Source: Rhizophagus irregularis
Lineage: Eukaryota
Reading direction: 5' to 3'
Assembly (NCBI RefSeq): GCF_026210795.1
Contig: NC_089435.1
Span: forward strand, 310,001 to 374,000
Length of the DNA stretch: 64,000 nt
A program made the translations under genes and the position numbers. Under the pieces are notes generated by a model. It was not told the DNA's origin, ran no database searches, and saw nothing but the letters and a program-made list of their open reading frames with translations. Positions 52,441-64,000 of this stretch are shown piece by piece. Position 1 is the stretch's first letter. The number at the start of each line of letters is the position of its first letter.

Positions 52441-54488
52441 TGATGCATGGTAATACTTACGGTACATATTAAAAAAGTGTTCGTGTCGAATCTATAATTA
52501 ATAAAATGATATGAAATAAAGAAATTAGACCCTTTATATGACTAATATACAATCTATTATTTCCAAAGGAAATAGCAAATTAAAAATAAGCTTGTGCCAA
52601 TTTAACTATAGTGCAAAAATAAGTAACATTATTAAAATGTATCAAAAAGACGACTTATTCAATCCATTCTTTAAAAATATATTTAAATATTATTGACTGT
52701 TCTTTAATCTTTATTTGAATTATCAACTTGCGTAGTTAAATTTGAAAATTTATTGAGGCGGGAATTGTTTTTTATTAAAAATATAATAATAATATTGTAT
52801 ATGTTGATCTCTAAAATATTATAAATTTTCGTTAGTCAACTTGTTACGCAACTAAATGTTAATTTTATCATACATACAGTATATAATTATAATTGAATTT
52901 GTATAATTTTAAAAACATTGGATTATTGGATTTATGATCAATTACAATTGCTACTTTTTAGTTATTAAACCTTAGAAAATTATTCGGACTTAGCTTATGG
53001 TTTAAAGCCATATAAGGGTTACAAAAAAGAATGAATTTTATACACAATATCAAGTTAGGATCAGTAAAATTGTAAAGAAGTCGAGAGGATTTAGAACTTG
53101 GACGAAACTTTGGTATGAATTTGTTGTCAACCCATACTTTAAGAATTCTAAAAACATAACTTCATCATTGTTGATTTTAAATTTAGAAAAATTTTGTTAT
53201 TTAAAATGGAGAAACTTTGTGTAACCTTTTAAGCTAATCACAATTTACAATATTTTTTTTTTCGGAAAATAAATAATATGTTATGAAATACCATTATATT
53301 CTACTTAAATAGAGCTTTTAATTAAATAATAGGATGTTAAAATACATAAATTGTTTGAAATTTTGCGTATGTCTGTTTCAATAGAAAATTTTTTCAAGAA
53401 TTTGGTATATTGAGAAATCCGGTATGTCGAGAACAAATTTATTATAAACTGTAATAATCCATTCCATGTCTTGGCTCCGTGATATCAGAATTTTACTTAT
53501 GATCCAGTTTATCAAGAATCCAGTTTATCGAATTTCATTGTGTATTTACAGTATTGGTAGAGAAAACGCAAGAAAATCTTTCATTAATATTTTTTTGTTA
53601 ATAAAAACTAATCCTATGAAGTTTCAATTTATGTATTAATTAGTAAAGTTATGAAATTTTCTATAATGATAAAAGACCTGAAGCATTTAACAAACTTCTT
53701 AAAAAGTCATTAATTAAACTATACAAATATTCTCAAATATATTATTGATTTTAATTATTTTTTTTAACGCAAGTTGGAATTAATTTAAAAAAAAATTCAC
53801 TCTCGCTCTAAATGACAATAGAAGGTTTACCCAATCAATTTATAATTGTTTTAAAATCCTTTGGATATTTATATAATAACATTAATTATAAAAGATAATA
53901 TTTTATAATATATTTTTTCTTTAGCTGCTATAAACTTAGTTGAAAGGAGTTTGAACACGTGGCTACAATTGCATATCACTGGCCCGCATTATTAAATCTG
54001 ACCAGAATTATGTCAAAATAGTTAACCATTAATCATCTCAAATTAACCGACTTATTTATATTTTCACTACCATCATCATTATTATTTTCTAAACGAAACA
54101 CCATGAATTTTTTTAAAGCGTTTTTTATATGAAATAAAAAATAATTTGGTTTTGATTCGACACATTTTTTTTCATGCGCTTTTATAAATAAGTTGAAGCG
54201 AATTTTAATTTTATACACGAAATAATTCGCGACTTAATTAACTTGTTAAGTCTTTTTAACCGTTTAAAGTTATTTCCAATTTTTATTTATCATTTTAGTT
54301 GCGTTACAGATCAAATTTATGCTATTTCTTACTTAAATCTCATCTTGCAAAAAATGATAAACCTAATTAAATAATATTATACAATAAAATTTATTCATAC
54401 TGTAAAATAAATTATTGATAATAAACAATATATAGTAATTTATATGAAACTTTTTTCATTTCCTATTCTTCTTAATTGTCATCCTTGA

Positions 54489-56953
54489 TTAACTGGAGCT
54501 AGTTTTAATGCGTTTTTCTATTTTTTTTTTAAAAAAAAAAATAAATAAATAAAATATAAACATAAATATTTCAATAAAATTTATTCAAATAATATATTTA
54601 CCATTACTATTTTCATAAGAATTAATATTTAATTCTTCAATGTTTCGCTTAGTTCCAATTACGTTGAATTCACTACTGATAAAAATTTAATTTTATTTGA
54701 ATTGTTGAATTTATATATATTTAATTTAACAGATATTTTAACTTTAAATACATACCTTTTAATATCTATGTCAAATTCTAGATCATTTGAGATGTAATCT
54801 ATAAAAAAAGAAATTTAATTTAACTATCCAAAGATGACTTTTATCAAAATAGTATACATACCATTTGATGAAAAATTGATAGATGAACATTTAGAAATGT
54901 AAGAATTTAATGATCTACTTGTATAAATAGCTTTTGGATGGGGCTTTTCACTAAACTTGGAACCAAGCTTCTTCGAATCTATTAAAATTTTCCTTTTTAA
55001 TTCAGCTTGATAAAATTGATTATTGGTATATTGATAAAGCCAATTATAACAAATACTCTCAATGTCACCTATAGAAGGTCTTTTTTTTGGATCAGAATCC
55101 CAACAACTTTTCATTAAATTAGCAAAACATTCTGGTGTATCTTCTGTAATTTCAGGTCGTACACCATCAATAATATTAAAAATAAGACAATGATCATGTT
55201 CAACATTAGCAAAAGGCTTACAACCTGTTGTAAGTTCCCACATAATCATACCCAAACTATAAATATCGGATTCTTTAGAAAATGCTGAACCTTTAAATAT
55301 TTCTGGTGCAATATAAGGTATTACTCCATATATTTCATCATCTGATGAGGTATCATTTGCTGATCGTGATAATCCTAGATCTCCTATTCTATAAGAAATA
55401 CTAGTAGTATCATAATAGCTATTTAAAATATTTACCAATATATTTCCACTATGGAAATCTCGATGTATGAAATTTGAATCATGGAGATTCTTAAGTCTAA
55501 AATAAGATTATTAAATTAGTATTACAAATTAATCATTATCAATATATTTAAGAATTAAATATAAATACCCTAATAAAATATCATATAAAAATGATATCTT
55601 TCGTTCCCAATTAATTTCTGTAAATTTCTTTTGTAAATATTTATGTAAATCTCCTTCCGATGCATATTGCATAACTAATATATAATCATCCAATTTGGGA
55701 CCTTTTGTAAAACCAAAAGTTTCATTAACATATGAACCAAATTTATAACAGCGATGATTCGACTCCAACTATAAATTTCGAGATTAAAATTAAAATATTT
55801 TTCAAACATTAAATGCAAATATGAATTTTTAAGTATTTACCTCTTTCAAAAAATATTTTTTAGCATATTGAAGATTTTTAAATCTTTTTAAAATGACAAT
55901 TTTATTTTTTTTGCTATCATCTAACCAAGTTGCTCGATATATGATGCTAAATCCTCCTTCTGCTATTTTTTTTACATTTGTAAATTGAGAATATGGTATA
56001 TATTTCATTAATTTTTTTGACAAAACTTTACCGCATAAAGAATCATCACAAATTTTGGATGGAACGAAATATTTATCAATATTTTTTAAATCGTTGGCGA
56101 ATTTAGCTATTTTCAATTGATCATGTCTTATACTAATAAGAAAATCATCTAAAACATTATTCCCGCTGTTAATACTAATAATCTTTTTGTTGTCTAGTAT
56201 AATAATTGATACTCTTTTACATTTTTTACATTGTGATTGATTTGTAATTCCAAAAATAATATTTGTTGTTAAACAATATCTACATCCAATAAAAAATATA
56301 AAACAATTCTCACAATATTTTTGACAGTTTGACGTAAATACTAATGTTTCTTCACAATAACAATAAGATTTATTTTCCCACCACGGCAAATAAATAATTG
56401 AAATGACTTTTTTAGTTAAGGTTGATTCTATACATCCAGAAGAGATTATATAACAAGTTGAACATAATTTAAATTTGTTAAAATAACCTGTTCCTTCTGT
56501 TCCTTGATATAATAATTTTTCACATAGTTTACAATATTTTTCACTTTCAATCACGTATTCGTATAAATTGTAAGAATCTACTATATTAAACCCATCAACA
56601 TATTTAATAGATATTTGTTTAAAATATAATACTATCAAGCAATTTCTACAGCATTCTTGGAAATTTTGTGGTATTTTGATTTTATTTATTCTGTGTTCAA
56701 TACATTCCAAGTCCTTTGTGAATAAATATACGTCCAAGTATATATTATTATCGGTTATATTAGTTAAATAACTCGATAAACATTTTTTGCAATATTTTTG
56801 GTCACTAAAAATCGTCTTTGTGTATTCTTCTCCACAATGAATACAATTATTATCATACTCATTAAAAGAAATAAAAAAAATCGGTACAGGACTAGATTTT
56901 AATTTTGGTGTTGGATCAAAAGAATTTTCATCATTTAATTTTACAAGTTCCAT
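54489..56953 (-). CDS. Cys-rich TKL kinase copy K4, apparently intact
   Basis: Six exons, no stop seen; IAEGGFSIIY, VILKRF, HRDFHSGNIL, DLG, YIAPE, SDIYSLG; ends EKRIKTSSS*. Confidence 0.9.
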
Positions 56954-57478
56954 TTTATAATATTACAGTATAAGTAAGTATAGAAAATTCAACTTATTTA
57001 TAGTTTTTCAAATTCTTATTTAATGAACCGTTGAATAGAATGTATAATTTTCTGTCGGCGAATTCGCCCTAGTACTACAGAAAATTCGGTTTTATTTGGA
57101 TGGAAGTACTTTATCGAAGGGCAAAAATGCATATAATGGCATTTATGACGATGATCTGCACGTCTAATAAAGAACAATAAGGACTAAAATTTCCATTTTA
57201 ATAATTTTATTCAAAAAAAATATTTTCTTTTACGTTTTTGTATGTTACTAAAACTGTAAATTTGATCGATATGGTCGATACATTCTTATTCACAACATTT
57301 TCAAACCAATCCAAATCATACAAATGTTTGGCTTTTTATGTTACTTAAAATATGGTCGTTCATAATTTAATTTTTTACAGTATATTAATTTTTTTTTTAT
57401 TTCAACTAAAAAATTAAGAAAGAAAAAAATAATTAAAAATAAATTTAAAAAAAATGTAATAAAGTCGTAATCGATTCA

Positions 57479-59544
57479 TTAATTATTGTTTATTCTTCCA
57501 AAATTGTATGCACTCGCAACAGGTTCAAATTTTTTTGGAACTTCAATGTTTTTTCCGAGATGTCTATCAAAAATGTAAGTATACGAGTGAGGAAATGGAA
57601 TTTCAGCTGGTTTAGATACTTCATCAAGTCGTTTCATTTGTTCAGGTGTCAATCTGAAAATAAATTTTTTTTTTTTGTTATAAATTTACGTTAGCGAACA
57701 CTTTTTTTTTTAATAGTTTTAACTTACTTAAATTCAAGTGTTTTAAGATTTTCTTCAAGCTGAGTGACAGTTCTAGCACCAATTATAGGAGAAGTAATAC
57801 CAGGTTTTTGTTGAACCCAATTTAAAGCAACCTAATTTATAAATGAGGAAAATATATAAAAACTGTTAATTTTTTATAAAAGATTGAATACAATAATTAC
57901 CTGAACAGGAGTTCTATCAATCTCTTTTGAAATGGTAGTAACTTCTTCTAAAATTTTCCAATTTTTTTCAATTTTTGAATGTATTGCAACTGAAAAACCG
58001 CGAGCTTCTGGTTTTAAAGCAGCAGCTGATTCTCTCGTATATTTTCCGGTAAGAAAACTATTATAAAAAAATTAATATAACGTTATTATTTTAAAAACAT
58101 AAAAAAAAAAATATGATTTATTACCCTTCGGCAACGATACCCCATGGAAGAATTCCAACCTAAAAGGTTTTTAAAATATAAATTTAATACTTATATATGG
58201 TTTAATTCCAACGCAACGTGAATTTAGTTATACACACATCAAGTTCAGCACAAGCAGGTTGTAAGTCAAATTCTAACGATCGATCCAACAAATTATAACG
58301 AGTTTGAAGTCCAATGAAAGGGCTTAAAATACAGTTTATAAACATGCGTGAATTTAATATGTTTAATATCGGGTTAAAGAAATTATTATAATTTCATACC
58401 TCCACCCACGTAATTCAGCAATAGTATTAGCTCGAGCGAGTCCCCAAGATGGAATATCGCTTACAGCAACATATAAAACCTAATATATTTTTTTAAAATA
58501 ATATTTAGAAGAACTTATTTTGAATGAAAAACTGTAAAAATGATTAACTTGCTTTTCCACATCGAACTACGTCATCCAATGATCTCATAAATTCTTCAAT
58601 TGGAGTTCGATACTCGTAGAAATGGATATGTAAAATATCAACATAACTTATATTTAACCGTTTCAAACTTCCATCTAAATTTTCTACAAGACTCTTTCGA
58701 TGATTTCCTCCTAAGATATACATATATAAGTTTCAACTTATTTTTAATAACATGAGATATTACTATAATTTACCGCTATTCGGATTAAATCTCCTATCTT
58801 TTTGTACAGCAGTTACATTACCTAAGAATTAAATTTCGAAAATTATTAATTATTGAATATTTAAAAATTAAATTATGTTACATAGAAAGTTTATAATTCA
58901 TACCCGAATATTTTGTTGCAATCACAACATCGGACCGTTTATCGGAAACATAATCTCCGAGGAAACGTTCACTCTAAGTATTTTATTAATAAACATTAAT
59001 ATTGTAATTAACTAAAAAAACAATTTGCTTTTTTATTACTTACTTCACCCAAATTGTAATTACAAGAGGTGTCTAAGGAATAAAAAGTATTAAAATAACT
59101 TTTTGTTGATAAAGTCAAATGATTGCGTAACTAAACTAAAAAAAAAAAAATTACCAAAAAAATTTCCACCCTTTTCATAATAAAGATCAAAAACTTTTTT
59201 CGATTCCTCTTTATTAACGCCATATCCCTATTTATATAACGTTAAAATATTAAGTAATCATTTTTTTTTCATTTTTTTTTTTAATCATTAATTCAAATTA
59301 ATATTCAACTTTACCCATTGTTCTCCAAAAGTCTTTAAATATATGTTAACAAATATATAGTGTTATTAAAAAATATTATAATTAATTATTTACATCATAA
59401 TTTTGGCAAATTATAAAAAAATGATCTTACCAAAGTTCCAAGACATAATGGAGAAACTCTTAATCCACTACGTCCTAATAAAACATAATCATCGAGAGCT
59501 TGAGCTTTACTGGTGGTGTCGTTTGACAACGTATCTCGAGTCAT
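57479..59544 (-). CDS. Aldo-keto reductase AKR4
   Basis: [54 protein letters not shown]; ends [10 protein letters not shown]. Confidence 0.88.
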
Positions 59545-61125
59545 TTTCTTAAAAATTAAGGTTTTCGATAACTTTCAAGATTTCAACTTTCGTAGTTAAT
59601 TATTTATGTAACTTGTATATTTTAATAGTTTACTTTAATTGATTCAAAGAAAAAAACCGTGGCCTTTTGATTTTCCGAGCATTTATAATTCTTGGCAAAT
59701 TTGCCAGTGTTACACAGTTACAGATAAATAACCAAAGGTAATAAAAATGTAAAAATAAAATTGAAACAAAAAGGAAATTTAAAAGTAAATGACCAAATGA
59801 TTAACGTGAATTCATATTACATTGATTCTCTGTAAGACGATCTTACGTTCTCCTTAATAGATCACGTGATAATATTTGTAAGGTTACACTATTAAGAATA
59901 TGTGCATTTAAGTAAACTTTTGAATAAAATTTCAGCATTTTTTACTTAATAATTGTCATTCATGTGGATATCACCACTGCCCCGTGAGGGACCGACTTTT
60001 TACCCCTTACTCAAATTAACCGAAGTTTCGCTCTCTTAAGCATCTTCCAATAGAAAAGAAACATGGATTAGTAATATAAAAATATTTATGAACTAAATGT
60101 GTGAATGTTTGTCCACTCGGAATTGGAGAAATAAAAAATCGGTATAGAGTTGTATGTAAAGAAATTGGTTTGTCTGAATAAAAATTGGCGATAATGTTGT
60201 GGAATCGACGATGTATTGATTCACGAGGCATTATTTTGTATTAATTAACGATTGTTGGTGCTTCTTGCATCGTTCGCTTTAACTTTACTCACGTTAAAGT
60301 GACGAAGTTATAAGAACGTTTTTGTGAGGTTAAAAAGTTTATAAAAGTTATCATTATAAAGAAGGCTTTTATGTTTTATAACACCGGTGAATTTGCGGTA
60401 TTATGTATCACGTGGTCCGGTACGACAATCTAGCTTTCCAAGTTTCTTTAATTTGATATTAAAAAAAAAGAACTTTATAAATATCATATCTAGAAAAAGT
60501 GGCAAGAACCGTAAATCCATTTATTTTAACAGCAAAATAAATGAAAGTTTAAATTAATTGATAAAAAATCGTCCATTTTTTATAATTATTTCTTACTTGT
60601 ATAAAGAAGTATTTACTAATTTTTTTTTTGTATTTTGTATTTTAAAGCGACAGATTAATATTATTTTAAAATTGTTAAATAGTAGGATTTAATTCTATTC
60701 TATAAAGCAATTTAAGCATGCATTAGTAAAATTAATCTATACTTTATTTGTAAAATATTATCGTTATGTATTTCGTTAAGCGAAAGCGTCAATAATATAA
60801 ATAACTGTAAATGGTAATTATAGTATTTACTGCCTGATTAATTCCTTTTTATTTAAAAAAATTAAAAAATAAAAACTATTTATGGTTATTTTCATTTTTC
60901 AAATGAATTGAACTTACAATCTTTTATTACTTAATTTCATTTTAATGTATAAAATAAAGGAAATAATTTATTAATAGCGTCAAAAGAATAAATACAATAG
61001 AAAAAATAAGTCTAAAATATATTTTACGATAAAATCGAGAAAAAAAGGCGACAATCCAATTTCTTGGATTAAATTACGTTAACATTGAATATACAAAATA
61101 ATTTAAATAATTTGAAGTTAATGAT

Positions 61126-63209
61126 TTAATTATATAAACTTCCATAATTATATATTTTCGCAATAGATGCAAATTTATTTGGCATTTGTATGTTTTTTCC
61201 AATATATTTATCAAATTGGTCAGTAAATGAATAAGGAAATGGAAAATCATCTGGTTGAGAAACATCATCAAGTCTTTTCATTTGTTCAGGTGTCAATCTG
61301 AAAAGATTATTTATATATTAGAAAGTTTTAAAGTAAAAATTAAGAAAAATTTTTTCTTAAATAATTATTATCCTTACTTGAATTCAAGCGATTTAAGATT
61401 TTCTTCAAGCTGAGAAACTGTTCTGGCACCAATTAAAGAAGAGGTAATCCCCGGTTTTTGTAGAACCCAATTTGTAGCAATCTATGTATTAGGAAAAAAA
61501 AAACATTAAAACTATAATTTTTAATTTTTTTTCAATAAAATGAATATTATTTTTAAAGATTAAATACCTGAACAGGAGATCTATCAATCTCTTTTGAAAC
61601 GGCAATAACTTCATCTAAAATCTTCCAATTTTTTTCAACTTTTGAGTGATTTGCTACTTTGTGACTGCGACTTTCCGATTTTAAATTAGCGGTTGATTCT
61701 CTCGTATGTTTTCCGGTAAGAAATCTATTATAAAACAATTAGTACACTAATTATCTTTTAATATAAAAAAAAATGCGACAATGATTAATAATTACCCTTC
61801 GGCGACGACACCCCACGGAATAATTCCAATCTAAAAGTTTTTTTAAACATAGAATTAGTATAATTATGTATAATTTATAGTATAAATATGAATTTAATTT
61901 TATAATACACACGTCAAGTTCAGCACAAGAAGGTAGTAAGTCATATTCTAACGATCGATTCAATAAATTATAACGCGTTTGAAGTCCAATGAAAGGGCTA
62001 AACATGGTTGATTAATATACGTTAATTTGAAGTTCATCTTTACTATCTATCAAGTTAAAATTTTTTGTACCTCCATCCACGTAATTCCGCAAATGTATTA
62101 GCACGAGAGAGTGCCCAAGATGGAATATCGCTTACGGCAACATATAATGCCTATTTTTTTTCAAAAAATAATATAGAGAAAAATATTATTCAGGTAAATA
62201 CTATAAGAATGACCAAAAGTCACGTAGTAGCGAAAAATGAGTTGCTTACTTTTCCACTTCGAACAACGTCATCTAATGATCTCATCATTTCTTCGATTGG
62301 AGTTCGATATTCAAACAAATGAGCATATAAAATATCAACATAATTCATATTCAATCGTTTCAAACTCGCATCTAAATTTTCCACAAGACTTTTTCGATGA
62401 TTTCCTCCTATATATTTAACAGTTAAATTATCAATTAACATTAAAAATATTCAATACCATATTATAATAGTTTACTAACTCACCGAAATTCGGATTGAAT
62501 CTCTGATCCGCTTGCATAGCAGTTGGATTATCTGTAAAATAAATCTCGAAGATTATTGAAAATTCCGAATTTGAATGATATTATATTGATTCATACTCGT
62601 ATATTTTGTTGCTATCACGACATCGGATCGTTTATCAGAAACGTAATCTCCAAGGAAACGTTCACTCTAATCATTTATTAATGAATATTAATTAATATTA
62701 AATTAAATAAAAAAAATTAGTATATTAATACTTACTTCACCAAAATTGTAAATGTTGGCGGTATCTGAAAGATTCAAGTTATTTATTAAAATATTCATCA
62801 TAATCATGACATGACCAATTAGTGACTACGTAAATTAAAAAAATTACCAAAAAAATTTCCGCCCTTTTCGTAATAAAGATCAAAAATTTTTTTCGATTCT
62901 TTTTTATTAACGCCCACTCCCTATTTATAAAGTGTTAATGAAATTCAGACATCATTTTCATTTCTTAATGTAGAGTATATAACTTACCCAACTTTCGCCA
63001 AAAGTCTTAAATATACAGCATAATTGTGAAAATAATAAATGTTTAGTCAAAGATGTTCATAATAATTTTGATTAGCTTCAGTTACAAAAAAAAAATCTTA
63101 CCACAGTACCAAGACATAATGGAGAAACTCTCAATCCACTACGTCCCAATAAGACATAATCATCGAGAGCTTTAGTAGTTTTGACGGGAGAAGTAGAATC
63201 TTGAGCCAT
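61126..63209 (-). CDS. Aldo-keto reductase AKR5
   Basis: [52 protein letters not shown]; divergent tail ending IYNYGSLYN*. Confidence 0.88.
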
Positions 63210-64000
63210 ATTTCAAAATAAAATAAAATATTTTTTAAAAAAATTTTTTTCGTAATGTATGTATATATATATTTTTTATTAACCAACAAGATTTATTACA
63301 AGCCCTCTTTGATTAATAATATAAAAAAAATTTTTCGTTTGTCTATAGATTGTCTATGAAGTACCCAATATGAAAGATCGTGATAATTTTAAATTTTAAT
63401 ATGGATAAACTAACCAAACATGATAAAATTATAGAAATGCAGACGATAAACGATTATTTCAATGACGATCGATTATGGCATCGTATTGATCTATCAATTA
63501 ATCGATCAAACAATTTTTTGATGCCCTACTCTTGAAAGAATTTGAATTTGCATTATTATTTTCTATAATTTAATTTGGTCAATTAGTTATAAAATATTGA
63601 CGAACTAACCAAAAATGATAAAACTATAGAAATAATAATGTGACGTAATATTGCAGTGATTAACCTTAATAGTTTAGTTTTAATAACGTAAAACTTCTTT
63701 ACGGCCCTTAAATGTTCTTTTGCCGATTTGTTTAATAGTTCATATTATTCCTCTTGAATGGGATTTTGACATTGCATACCACACTTACTCACTTAGGGCA
63801 TTCTAATATAAGTTTCCTTGTAAGATATAGTGTAACCAATTAAATTAAAATATTAGATCACATGATTGTTTATTAAGTGTAACGTAAGATTTTTGCTACC
63901 ACCGGTAAATTTTTTAAATATTTTACCCCGTATTACATTTCATTTATTTTGTAAAACGTCTCACGGTTTTTGTGAAGACACAATATTTAAGTCATAAGAA

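Noticed and set aside
60016..60231. 71-aa ORF between AKR4 and AKR5
   Set aside because: No recognisable family or paralog in the window; possibly a TE fragment but unsupported.

Overview
Very AT-rich, intron-containing eukaryotic DNA (short GT-AG introns). The gene families point to an arbuscular mycorrhizal fungus (Glomeromycotina, Rhizophagus-like); this is an inference from family content. The window is a birth-and-death tandem array built from three interleaved families. (1) TKL-type protein kinases with a long CxxC-rich N-terminal domain: four full or partial copies plus a remnant, two disabled, one apparently mosaic. (2) ~13-exon aldo-keto reductases: four apparently intact, one pseudogene, one remnant. 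(3) A single-exon Q/N-rich repeat family with a conserved FEFYLPLPNDTRIYHVTYTELN domain: five copies. Also present: an apparently intact five-exon Crypton-type tyrosine recombinase preceded by a 145-bp foldback; a secreted 8-Cys MycFOLD-like effector candidate where the paralogous unit has two kinases; and a more GC-rich decayed island carrying a stand-alone Crinkler N-domain, a RING remnant and a Mug135-like gene, next to a possible RAMA-like gene. Several MITEs with readable TIRs/TSDs and a mini-Helitron are also visible. Exon boundaries were read by eye and family calls are from motif recognition, not searches.
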